From a virus (Duplodnaviria > Caudoviricetes): DNA of 64,000 nucleotides. A program made the position numbers and the translations under genes. Location of the stretch: IMG/VR virus record IMGVR_UViG_3300028048_003124; one strand, given 5' to 3'. Shown here piece after piece: positions 19,285-28,289 of the stretch (its first letter is position 1; each line of letters begins with the position of its first letter). A model generated the notes under the pieces. That model ran no database searches and was not told where the DNA came from. It saw only the letters and a list, made by a program, of their open reading frames with translations.

Positions 19285-21438
19285 ATGGCTGTAAAGAGGT
19301 TTATAGATGTATATCCAAATAAGGTATATTTATGGGATAAAGAGAAGAATAATTGTAATATAGAGGATGTACCTGCGAATTCAGGAGTAAATAGATATTG
19401 GTGGAGATGCTCTAAAGGTCATTCTTTTAGAAACACACCAAAAAGAATAGGTCTTGCTGTAAAAGAGGGTTGTATGTATTGTCAAGGGATAGTTGACGTC
19501 AAACCCTTTAAAGGTATTTCATTACAAGATGTGTACAGTGAAGCAAAGGACATTTGGGATTATGATAGAAATCCTTTCTTCCCATCAGAGATAAGTCATT
19601 TAAGTAAGGTTTCTGTTTGGATAAGATGTTATGAGGGTCATATCTTTAAAGTTAAGGTTTGTGACCTAGCTTATAAAGATATCTTGTGTCCATATTGTAA
19701 TAAGGAAGAGGTAGCAAGAGAGAAGTACGGTAGGTTCTATAAACCTTTAAAGTTTTTATGGGATAGTGAAAAGAACGGCATAGAGTTAGAAGAATTTGAA
19801 GGCGTACAGGATGAGGATAAGTGTTGGTTTAAGTGTGAAAAAGGTCATAGTTTTTATAGAACAATAAGTGTTGTAAAAGAAAGGTTAAGCCAGGGTAGGC
19901 ATTATTGTCAATATTGCTCTGGAACAAAACTCATGAGTGGTGTAAACGATATTGAAACCGTATACCCTGAAGTAGCTAAACTATTTGATAATGATAAAAA
20001 TAATGTCAAAGCGTGTGATATAAGTTTTAAAGAGTCAAGTTTAGATTTATGGTTTAGGTGTAAGGAGGGTCATAGTTTTAGAAAAAATCTAAAGGTGGTA
20101 AAAGACGGTGTTCTAAATGGCTCTGAGGTTTGTCCATACTGCAACGGTAAAGAGTTATTGTCAGGTTTTAATGATTTAGAAACAGTAATGCCAAATGTGA
20201 CTAAGTTCTTTGATATTGGAAAAAATGGCGTAGAACCTAAAAATGTTCGGGCTTCTGATAGTTCGGATATGTGGTTTTTATGTAAGGAAGGTCATAGTTT
20301 TGTTTCTAAGTCTAGACTTGTAAGAATTGCTTTAGATAACTCAAAAGGAAGATCAGTAGGATGCCCAATATGCAAGGGGTATGTTGTGTTACCAGGATAC
20401 AATGATTTTGAGTCGAAACATAGTGATTTATTATACTTATGGGACTACGATAAGAATAGTATATTACCATCAGAGATAACAGAGAAAAACAACACTACTC
20501 CTGTTTGGTTAAAATGCTCAAATGGTCACAGTTATTTAACATACATAAATAGTTTATTAAGAAGTAAGCATGAGTGTTGCCCATATTGTTCTCATTTAAT
20601 ATCAACTGGTAGTGAAGAAGTATATAATTTTCTTTTAGATTTTGGTATATATGTTCAAAAAGAAGGAGTACTTCCAAGCAAGAAAAGGGTAGATTTATTT
20701 ATACCAAGTAAAAACATAGCTATAGAATACAACGGGGTATATTGGCATAGTGATTTATATAAAAGTAAGAATTATCATAAAGAAAAATACGATGAGTGTA
20801 AAAATTTAGGTGTACAGTTATTGTATATCTATGAAGACGATTGGAGAGATAAAACAAGTATAGTAAAGAAGATGTTATTAAAAAAGTTAGGTTGTTTAGT
20901 AGAGAGAAATGTTAATGCCAGAGATTGTTTTATAAAGGATGTATATATTGATGATGCTAAAGAGTTCTTATCTACCAATCATATACAAGGGTTTGCTTCA
21001 GGAAGTAAGTATATAGGTTTATATGAAAACAATATTTTGGTAGCTTTAATTGTCGTAAGAAGAGACGGTAGTAATCTAAATATAGTAAGATATGCTACTT
21101 CTTGTAATGTAAGAGGTGGTTTCTCTAAGCTTGTTAGGTATATAGAGAGGAATTTATCTTATGAATATCTATATACGTTTTCAGACAACGGGGTATCTGA
21201 TGGTGGTTTGTATAAGAACACTGGTTTTCAAGAAGCATATAGTTTACCGCCAGATTATATGTATGTAATAAATGATATTAGAGTTCATAAGTTTAATTAC
21301 AGGATAGATAGATTCAGAAAAGACAAAAATTTAAAATACAAAGAAGGCTTATCGGAACGTGAATTAGCTGATTTAAATGGTCTTAAGCGTATTTATGACG
21401 CTGGAAAGATAAAGTGGATAAAAAAGAAGCCAGTCTAA
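19285..21438 (+). CDS. Zn-ribbon-array nuclease copy 2 (6 modules)
   Basis: Same architecture as copy 1; near-identical gene ends; AAGGAGG SD. Confidence 0.85.
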   Translation: MAVKRFIDVYPNKVYLWDKEKNNCNIEDVPANSGVNRYWWRCSKGHSFRNTPKRIGLAVKEGCMYCQGIVDVKPFKGISLQDVYSEAKDIWDYDRNPFFPSEISHLSKVSVWIRCYEGHIFKVKVCDLAYKDILCPYCNKEEVAREKYGRFYKPLKFLWDSEKNGIELEEFEGVQDEDKCWFKCEKGHSFYRTISVVKERLSQGRHYCQYCSGTKLMSGVNDIETVYPEVAKLFDNDKNNVKACDISFKESSLDLWFRCKEGHSFRKNLKVVKDGVLNGSEVCPYCNGKELLSGFNDLETVMPNVTKFFDIGKNGVEPKNVRASDSSDMWFLCKEGHSFVSKSRLVRIALDNSKGRSVGCPICKGYVVLPGYNDFESKHSDLLYLWDYDKNSILPSEITEKNNTTPVWLKCSNGHSYLTYINSLLRSKHECCPYCSHLISTGSEEVYNFLLDFGIYVQKEGVLPSKKRVDLFIPSKNIAIEYNGVYWHSDLYKSKNYHKEKYDECKNLGVQLLYIYEDDWRDKTSIVKKMLLKKLGCLVERNVNARDCFIKDVYIDDAKEFLSTNHIQGFASGSKYIGLYENNILVALIVVRRDGSNLNIVRYATSCNVRGGFSKLVRYIERNLSYEYLYTFSDNGVSDGGLYKNTGFQEAYSLPPDYMYVINDIRVHKFNYRIDRFRKDKNLKYKEGLSERELADLNGLKRIYDAGKIKWIKKKPV

Positions 21439-21450
21439 GGAGGTAATAAT

Positions 21451-22161
21451 ATGGCTGATAATTGGGACGATATATTTAATGGTGAACCAGAGGAAAATAA
21501 CTCTGAAGTAACTGAAGAGAAAAACTCAGGCGGTAATACTGGTGGTAGTAATCAGAATGAGCCGCAAAAACCTGTAAAATTGGGCAAGTGGGCAACAGCT
21601 GGAATAGTTGTGTTTGTTGCAATTGTGGCTTTTATTCTAGTGATAACCTTACGCAGTTGTACTATTGAAAAAGAGGTAAATTCTGCTCAACAGACAGAAC
21701 CGCCAGTTGTGGAGACAAAAATAGAATCCGAACAGGCTGAGAAACCTGTGGATAGCATTGCGAAAAATCCTGATTTGAAGCAAAATAATCAGGACGTTAC
21801 TCCTACATCACCCAGCGGTAGTAACAAGGTAGATTCTGAAAAAGAAAGCAAAAAGGATACCTCATCAGGTAATGCTGATAAAAAAGTGTCTGGAGATACT
21901 GGTATAGTTGAAGTGGATACTCCAGCGCTTGGAGATGCCCAGCAATCGAAGGGTATTGTTGTTTCAAAACATTCTTATTTGTATCATAGCAGTTATGTAT
22001 ATGGGGTATCAATTTCGGTACTTGTCAATGAGAATGCTCAAACTGTTATGTATTTTTGCCCGAAAAAGACATTCGATGCATTGAATTCTACGGATGCTGT
22101 AAACGTAGTTTATCAGAGAGACAGCGCAGGTCTTATTAGTATAATATCTATATCAAAGTAA
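21451..22161 (+). CDS. Bitopic membrane protein with a low-complexity linker and a small C-terminal beta (OB-like) domain
   Basis: TM AGIVVFVAIVAFILVITL; C-terminal KGIVVSK...FDAL...AVNVVY. Confidence 0.75.
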   Translation: MADNWDDIFNGEPEENNSEVTEEKNSGGNTGGSNQNEPQKPVKLGKWATAGIVVFVAIVAFILVITLRSCTIEKEVNSAQQTEPPVVETKIESEQAEKPVDSIAKNPDLKQNNQDVTPTSPSGSNKVDSEKESKKDTSSGNADKKVSGDTGIVEVDTPALGDAQQSKGIVVSKHSYLYHSSYVYGVSISVLVNENAQTVMYFCPKKTFDALNSTDAVNVVYQRDSAGLISIISISK

Positions 22162-22385
22162 GATATTAGTCTGTTTTTTCAGATGCTTTGTTATTTTCAG
22201 AGTATACGCTAAGAGCGTAGGTTACGCGATGTTCTTTTGAACGCCCGAGGTAGGTTTATGTGTAGCATTTTGTGTAGGCTTATTTTTCTACTTTGTATGT
22301 TTTGTGTATTTTGGCGCAAAATTACTCCACCGTTTGTGCAACATTCACAAATCGTATTTTTGAGGAAAGTTTTTCGAAAAAACGC

Positions 22386-22414
22386 TTGCATTTTCTTTTC
22401 GGGTGTGCTAAGAT
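22386..22414 (+). promoter_or_regulatory. Sigma-A-like promoter with extended -10
   Basis: TTGCAT-17 nt-TAAGAT with TG at 22406-22407; palindrome TTTTTCGAAAAA immediately upstream (22370-22381). Confidence 0.7.
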
Positions 22415-22486
22415 ACAATCATCAAATCAAGCTTGGCGTAAGGCTTGATTCGGTACAACAAAATTTATTGTAAAGGAGAACAGATT

Positions 22487-23266
22487 ATGCCGTTAACTAA
22501 GAATAACACTAAGGCAGCCGCTGAGACTGCAAAGAAGGTAGAAGCCGCAGCTGTTGCTGAGGCTCCCGTGTACGATGCAGGTGTTCTGGGCAGCAAGTCC
22601 AACACTATTGCTTTCGTTGCTCCTCTTGGAGATCCCTCTCGTATCGACAACACTTATGCTCCCAACGAAAAGGGTGAGAGCACTATCGCAGGTAAGACCC
22701 CCTACATCGTAGGTTATCGTCTGAAGGCTCTCGTTGATATGGTCGTTCCCGAGTGCGGTATGGGCGCAGATGCTCGTAAGAACCTGATGACCTATGTTGA
22801 TGCTACTGGCACCAAGCAGGTTAAGGCTGGCGAGGAGTTCGACCTTACGAGATTCGAGACTGGACTTCTGCTTGCTCCCGACGAGTACAATGGTCGCATC
22901 ACTGGCGAAGGCAAGGCTTTCTCTGTTGTATATCAGCAGAAGAAGAATCCTGGAGCAGAGGCTGGTAAGATTGCTGACGTTTCCGCAGCATCCGCTATCC
23001 CGACTGTTTCGATCCGTCCTGAGTCTGGTTCCATCAAGGATTATCAGATCCTCGAAGTCCTGTCTTTCACCTCTGAGAAGGTTCCTGTTGGCAACAACGG
23101 TCACACTCAGATCCGCAAGACCAGAACCATCAATCCTGGATTCGAGAAGTTCGAGGCTCTGTGCCAGGCAGCTCCGCCTCGTGTTCGTAAGTCCAGTTCT
23201 GCTCCTAAGGCTCGCCGTAATGCGGGTGCGCAGGCGTTCCTCGATATCGTTAACAAGCGCAAGTAA
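22487..23266 (+). CDS. Hypothetical Ala/Lys-tailed protein, probably very highly expressed and monocistronic
   Basis: AAAGGAG SD; the most GC-rich and codon-biased gene in the window; own promoter and terminator. Confidence 0.85.
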   Translation: MPLTKNNTKAAAETAKKVEAAAVAEAPVYDAGVLGSKSNTIAFVAPLGDPSRIDNTYAPNEKGESTIAGKTPYIVGYRLKALVDMVVPECGMGADARKNLMTYVDATGTKQVKAGEEFDLTRFETGLLLAPDEYNGRITGEGKAFSVVYQQKKNPGAEAGKIADVSAASAIPTVSIRPESGSIKDYQILEVLSFTSEKVPVGNNGHTQIRKTRTINPGFEKFEALCQAAPPRVRKSSSAPKARRNAGAQAFLDIVNKRK

Positions 23267-23309
23267 TTCAGATTATCTCGTTTATTTCGATAAAGCGGTA
23301 GCATAGCGT

Positions 23310-23350
23310 AAGCGATGAGCAAGAGTTTCGGCTCTTGCTCATTTGCTTTA
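23310..23350 (+). terminator. Strong hairpin with TTCG loop, probable terminator
   Basis: ATGAGCAAGAG-tTTCGg-CTCTTGCTCAT followed by TTGCTTT. Confidence 0.85.
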
Positions 23351-23376
23351 TATGGAAAAGTGAATAAAGATTGTAG

Positions 23377-23419
23377 AAGGTAGTAAGACAGTTTGTATCT
23401 GTTTTACTACCTTTTCTTT
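23377..23419 (+). terminator. Second hairpin with T tail
   Basis: AAGGTAGTAAGACAG-7 nt-CTGTTTTACTACCTT followed by TTCTTT. Confidence 0.7.
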
Positions 23420-23469
23420 ATGAAGAAAGGTAAGATGGTATAAACTAATTACGAGATAGGGTGGTTGCT

Positions 23470-24321
23470 ATGAGAGTGGAAGATAACGACAAGAGGTTTT
23501 CTAGATTAGTATCTTTTAAACTACTAAAGACGATGGGTATTATTTCTATTATTTTTATGTTAATATGTTCTCTTATCTGCTTAAGGTCTGTGTCTTTAGA
23601 AGGATCATCGAAAACCGAAGGTGTTAAAGATTGTAAAATATTAGAATCAAGCGGTCGGGTAGTTAGTCCTAATGCTAAAAAGTCTGTTAATCTTGCAGAG
23701 ATAGTTGTAGAGACAACTACTCCTACAGAGAAGCCAAAAGTTAAGGAAACAGAGAAACCTACAGTAATTCCAACAGAACCTCAGACAGAAGTTCCTACGG
23801 AGTGGTACGATAATACTAATTTTGGGAATAGCATACGAAGATCAGATGTTCCAAACTACGATTGGGGTGAGGAGATAGCGACTTTTTCGTGTGAGAGCTT
23901 AGGCATAAAAGATATGCCTATAATTTATGGTTGGACGCAGTATTTATGTGATACTAATGATATAGTAATGGATCCTCATACAGGCGCCAAATTTGGTGAC
24001 AATAAAGCTATATTTATCTGTGGACACGATTACAAAGGCATGGGTAGTAAGTTACCAGAAATGAAGATAGGTGATAAGTTTTTAATAAAAACTAGATACT
24101 GTGCTAATTTTTTATACGAAGTGACCTACAGTAAGATGGCAAAATTAGACGAAGATAGTGATAGTTTTTATGGAATGTATGATTTAGATACTTGGCAACA
24201 CGCTCTGGGTAGATGGGATGAGACTAAAGATGTGGGAATATTTACTTGCTATGCTAATTCAGATGCTGGCTACAGGTGGTTTGTAAAGGGGAAGTTAGTA
24301 AAGGGTACTAAAGTGAACTAA
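23470..24321 (+). CDS. Sortase-fold protein
   Basis: N-terminal TM and T/E/P linker; LGIKDMPIIYG, ICGH (His), KIGD.F.I.T...YEV, IFTCY (Cys), downstream Arg (YRWFV). Confidence 0.8.
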   Translation: MRVEDNDKRFSRLVSFKLLKTMGIISIIFMLICSLICLRSVSLEGSSKTEGVKDCKILESSGRVVSPNAKKSVNLAEIVVETTTPTEKPKVKETEKPTVIPTEPQTEVPTEWYDNTNFGNSIRRSDVPNYDWGEEIATFSCESLGIKDMPIIYGWTQYLCDTNDIVMDPHTGAKFGDNKAIFICGHDYKGMGSKLPEMKIGDKFLIKTRYCANFLYEVTYSKMAKLDEDSDSFYGMYDLDTWQHALGRWDETKDVGIFTCYANSDAGYRWFVKGKLVKGTKVN

Positions 24322-24506
24322 TGCGTAAAACAAGAATTATGATGAATACTGGTATGGTTTTAGACAAAAATACTATGGAACCAGCAGTAGTACCGTATGA
24401 GAAGTCAAAATATTTAGAATTGTTTACTTGTACCGATGAATGGGGTATGAATTACCGTTACTTGGTTAGGGCGTACCTTGCGGACGGAGTAGTTTTATGT
24501 GACTAA
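24321..24506 (+). pseudogene. Small ORF matching the C-terminal catalytic strands of a second sortase
   Basis: LELFTC.......RYLVRA parallels IFTC......RWFVKG of the upstream gene; no His motif and no TM. Confidence 0.5.
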
Positions 24507-24548
24507 GAGCTTTGGTACGTAAACTTTAACATTAAGGGTGAAGTAATT

Positions 24549-25829
24549 ATGGCAGAGAATATTTCTTTTGCAAGAAAATACAGACCAACAAGTCTTGAGG
24601 GTTATGTTGGTAATAAAGTGGCAAAAGATAGAGTACAAAGGTATTTGAAGAAGGGTAGACCACAGACTGTTCTGCTAACTGGTAGCAGTGGTTGTGGTAA
24701 AACTACATTAGCCAGAATACTTGCTAAGGAGTATTTATGCGTAGATAGAGATGATGAGAAGGGTGCTTGCGGAGAATGCTTTTCTTGTACTATGATGGAT
24801 GAGTATATTAGGACTGGTGCTACTGAAGATATAGCAGATATTTATGAGATTGACTCAGCGGACAAGTCTGGAAAAAAGGACATAGACGCAATGCTCGGTA
24901 GTATGGAATACCCTCCAATGGCTGGAGATTGGAAGGTTTACATCATTGATGAGGTTCATTTATTGAGCCAAGGAGCTATGGGCAGACTTTTAAAATCCAT
25001 AGAAGAGCCGCCTGAGTATGTTCTAATGATTTTCTGTACTACAAATCCTGAGAAGTTACTACCAACCATAAGAAATAGGTGTCAGCTTAAGCTAGATATA
25101 ACAAAGCCAAGCACTGCTGATATTGTAAAGTTACTGGAGAGGGTGTGCCTTGAAGAGGGTAAGGATTACAATATACAAGGCTTGCGTATGTTAGCGGTAA
25201 GAAGTGATAATGTAGTCAGAGATGCTTTAAACAATATTGAGTGTGTATTAACATCAAGAGGAGATGCCACTGATAAGAGTGTAAGTGAAGAATTTCGTGA
25301 GGTATCTGATAAACTTGTTTTTGATTTCTATAAAAGTTTATTAGAGAAAGACTACATGGGGTACATTGATGTTATGTACACTATAAAGACTTCATTTTCT
25401 TTTGAACAATTCCTGATTTCTTTAACGAACTTCACCAAAAGAGGTATATACATAATAAATGGTGTAGAGGTCGAGGGCTTGTCTGTTGATGAATTAAAGG
25501 CATATACAAAGTTATTTAAACAGATAAAACCAACAGTAATAAGTACAATACTTTCTACTTTAAGGCGTATGAATGTTGGTGATATTGAAGCTAATTTTAT
25601 GTCTTTTGTGTATGCAGATCTAGATGGAGATATCGGTAAAGAGACCAGGGTAGTGGTAGCACCAACGGAGGGTACTTCTGTTTCAGATGAGACAAAATTT
25701 AGGAATAGCAATTTGGAAAAACTAGAATCTGCTAAACTGTCAAAAGGTTCTGAGGCTCTGGTAGGAGAGATGGAAACTCTTGGTATCGAGGATATGTCAG
25801 ACTTTTTTGATTTAGAAAAAGTTGAGTAG
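24549..25829 (+). CDS. dnaX: DNA polymerase III gamma/tau-like clamp-loader ATPase
   Basis: ARKYRP, Walker A GSSGCGKTT, Zn motif C..ACGECFSC, KVYIIDEVH, LLKSIEEPP, TIRNRC, VRDA. Confidence 0.92.
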   Translation: MAENISFARKYRPTSLEGYVGNKVAKDRVQRYLKKGRPQTVLLTGSSGCGKTTLARILAKEYLCVDRDDEKGACGECFSCTMMDEYIRTGATEDIADIYEIDSADKSGKKDIDAMLGSMEYPPMAGDWKVYIIDEVHLLSQGAMGRLLKSIEEPPEYVLMIFCTTNPEKLLPTIRNRCQLKLDITKPSTADIVKLLERVCLEEGKDYNIQGLRMLAVRSDNVVRDALNNIECVLTSRGDATDKSVSEEFREVSDKLVFDFYKSLLEKDYMGYIDVMYTIKTSFSFEQFLISLTNFTKRGIYIINGVEVEGLSVDELKAYTKLFKQIKPTVISTILSTLRRMNVGDIEANFMSFVYADLDGDIGKETRVVVAPTEGTSVSDETKFRNSNLEKLESAKLSKGSEALVGEMETLGIEDMSDFFDLEKVE

Positions 25830-25848
25830 TTTATTGGAGGACTTAAAA

Positions 25849-26724
25849 ATGACAAAACAAAAAATGTGTGCTAGATTAGCTCTATTAGCCCTATCATTTG
25901 TGGTAGTTATGTTGCTGTTTACTGCAATTAAGCTACCAATGATTGATACTGTTTACGCAGCGAACGGTCTTGAAGATGATCTGTACAGCCAGCAGGAAAC
26001 TCAGACACCTACTGAGAGTTCTGATAATGTATTAGGTGGTTTACAAGATTCGACTATTGCGCCTGATGATAAGAGTGTTTCTGATTGGCTAAAACAGCAG
26101 AGAACCTTGCAGCCAGATCAGTTAAAGAAGGCTTCTGAGACTATGAGCCCGTTGGTAAAACTGTTAGGTTATGCAGCAGGTGGCATTATCATTCTTACAG
26201 TTGCTGGAGTTACTGTTATAACTGCACTAGATTTACTATACATTGCTGTACCGCCAGTAAGAGGTTTCCTATATAAAGGAGGAGCCGATGCAGGTATGGC
26301 AGGCGGAATGCCAGGTATGGGCATGGGAATGAGAGGACGCATGGGAATGATGGGTGGCTCTATGGGAGGAGCCCAGCAAGGTGTAGGAGCCAGACAGTGG
26401 GTATCTGATGAAGCAGTTGCTTGTGCAGCTCTGCTAGGAGGAGGAGCCCAAGCCCAAGGAGGTGCCATGGCTGGTGGTATGATGGGTGGAATGATGGGCG
26501 GTTACGGCGGTATGGCTCAGATGGGTGCCAACCAACAGCAAGCCCAGTCCACTAAGAGTGTTATCGGTATGTACTTCAAGAAGAGGATCTTCTTCATGAT
26601 TCTACTTGCTTTGTGTATAATTGTTCTGACTTCAAGTGCAATAATGAACTGCGGCGTTAATCTCGCTGAGTGGTTCTTAAAGATCGTTAACATGCTTAAC
26701 GGAAAGATGTCAGCAGGGGTATAA
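25849..26724 (+). CDS. Pilin/VirB2-like membrane protein, paralog 1 (with Gly/Met-rich inserts)
   Basis: GGAGG SD; signal peptide ending VYA-A; two hydrophobic helices with DLLYIAVPPVR, VSDEA and YFKKRI motifs shared with 28290 and 31661. Confidence 0.6.
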   Translation: MTKQKMCARLALLALSFVVVMLLFTAIKLPMIDTVYAANGLEDDLYSQQETQTPTESSDNVLGGLQDSTIAPDDKSVSDWLKQQRTLQPDQLKKASETMSPLVKLLGYAAGGIIILTVAGVTVITALDLLYIAVPPVRGFLYKGGADAGMAGGMPGMGMGMRGRMGMMGGSMGGAQQGVGARQWVSDEAVACAALLGGGAQAQGGAMAGGMMGGMMGGYGGMAQMGANQQQAQSTKSVIGMYFKKRIFFMILLALCIIVLTSSAIMNCGVNLAEWFLKIVNMLNGKMSAGV

Positions 26725-26746
26725 AAGAGAAAGGGGGTAGCATTTA

Positions 26747-27031
26747 ATGTCTAGCGAATTATTTGATTACATAAAAGAGAAGTATTCAAAAAGTGGTGAA
26801 AAAAGTGCTACCCTTGAGCAAATGAGCAGGCAGAGGGTAAAGAATACTATATCAAATCTGTGTAAAAAGTACTTGCAGGAAGCAGGTCAGGTATTTACAT
26901 TTGAGGTAACAAGAAAAGATTTACCTTATGCAATTATTGCTATTGATGAGGAGCCACTTAAATCTATGTATAATATACAACAAATTTCTGAGACTATCTT
27001 CCAAGTAAGCTTGAAAGAATTGGAACTCTAG
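26747..27031 (+). CDS. Hypothetical protein
   Basis: 94-aa ORF with AGGGGG SD. Confidence 0.75.
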   Translation: MSSELFDYIKEKYSKSGEKSATLEQMSRQRVKNTISNLCKKYLQEAGQVFTFEVTRKDLPYAIIAIDEEPLKSMYNIQQISETIFQVSLKELEL

Positions 27032-27066
27032 AATATTTGTTGCAGAAAGGTTGTAGGTTATTTACT

Positions 27067-27567
27067 ATGGTAGTAAATTACAGAGAGACCCACACAGCTC
27101 AAATAGCTGAGGAATTAAAGATTACCAAGAAAGATGTGGATGATATTCTGCTAAACTACTTTGGGTATCTTGAAACTAAGTTACGAATTGGAGAAACTGT
27201 AAGGGTTTTAGGAATATGTTATATTAAAAACCCAGAGAGCAAAACAGATGTAAAAGAGACTTTGTCCTATATTGCAAAAGAGTTATCTGATGTTCTAGGT
27301 ATCGGAACTGAAACGATAAAGAGGGTGTTGAACACCTTAGAGAGAAATATCATAAAAGGTATTGTAAAAGGTGAAGCGCACAATATAAGAGGATTAGTAA
27401 GGGTACGTTGTATTGTTGATGAAGTTGGAGAACCGCATGTAAGGATAAAGAAGTCTACCAAGTATAATGGTGATCCAAAATACATTGTAACATTAAACTC
27501 GTTTAAACGTAAGGTTTATAAGGAGTTTAATAGTAAGAAAGCTCTGGAGGAAAGAAATGCAGGGTAA
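27067..27567 (+). CDS. HU/IHF-like DNA-binding protein with two tandem HU-like units
   Basis: IAEELKITKKDVDDIL......L..GETVRVLG and LSDVLGIGTETIKRVL......I.KGEAHNIRGL both match the HU body pattern. Confidence 0.65.
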   Translation: MVVNYRETHTAQIAEELKITKKDVDDILLNYFGYLETKLRIGETVRVLGICYIKNPESKTDVKETLSYIAKELSDVLGIGTETIKRVLNTLERNIIKGIVKGEAHNIRGLVRVRCIVDEVGEPHVRIKKSTKYNGDPKYIVTLNSFKRKVYKEFNSKKALEERNAG

Positions 27568-28243
27568 GACGCACAGAATAGGTGGGGCTTTAAGTGCCTT
27601 GATAGGGTATACCGTGTTGGAGAGCAACGGTATGCTCTTACCTAATGTAAGTCCACTATTACAGTTAACGGTTATATATCCTTTTGCATTATATGGTAGT
27701 GTAATGTCTGATTTAGATCATGGATATCAATCTATTCCAGCTAAAGATCCTATTAGCGTCGGAATAAACAAGGTCTTGCATTTGTCAACGGGTATAAGAA
27801 AGAAGACAGGAAAAAACATTCCTATCTTAAATCTTTTTGATGCCAAACATAGAAGTTGGCAGACCCATTCATTACTGTGGTTGCTTCTACTAATAGGATT
27901 ATGGCTATGGCTAATGCTTTCAGGTCAGAGTATAGATATTGGTAAGATAACGATGGATGTTGTTAGTTTATCTATTCTCAAACTAATATTAACAGGGTTA
28001 TTATTAGGTCTGATAAGTCATCTGTTGTTAGATGCTATAACCCCAGATGGTATTTGGTTTATCATACCTAGTGTAATAATGCGTAAGAAGGTTACATTCA
28101 GTCTTGTTCCAAAAAAGAAGTTTTTTGCAACTGGTGGACCATGGGAGCGTCTTATAGAACTGTTGATGTGGATAGTTATAATTGTTTTAACTATATATAC
28201 TATTTATCTTGCGACTCCGTATAGGATTTCTTTTGGCGGTTAA
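27557..28243 (+). CDS. Membrane metal-dependent hydrolase (YdjM/DUF457 family)
   Basis: M.GKTH, SDLDH, HRSWQTHS and SHLLLDAIT..G motifs with several TM helices. Confidence 0.88.
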   Translation: MQGKTHRIGGALSALIGYTVLESNGMLLPNVSPLLQLTVIYPFALYGSVMSDLDHGYQSIPAKDPISVGINKVLHLSTGIRKKTGKNIPILNLFDAKHRSWQTHSLLWLLLLIGLWLWLMLSGQSIDIGKITMDVVSLSILKLILTGLLLGLISHLLLDAITPDGIWFIIPSVIMRKKVTFSLVPKKKFFATGGPWERLIELLMWIVIIVLTIYTIYLATPYRISFGG

Positions 28244-28289
28244 GCTAATTTTGATAGCTATATAGGGTTGGCAGAAGGAGGAAAGACGT

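Noticed and set aside
16906-21438. Nuclease genes as IS elements or intron/intein-encoded ORFs
   Set aside because: No terminal inverted repeats, target duplications or transposase motifs were seen, and no interrupted host gene flanks them
22209-22473. Short ORFs in the intergenic region
   Set aside because: No SD, odd composition, and they overlap the promoter and leader hairpins
22493-23306. 203-aa minus-strand ORF and 170-aa alternative-frame ORF
   Set aside because: Shadows of the codon-biased 22487 gene, which has the promoter, SD and terminator
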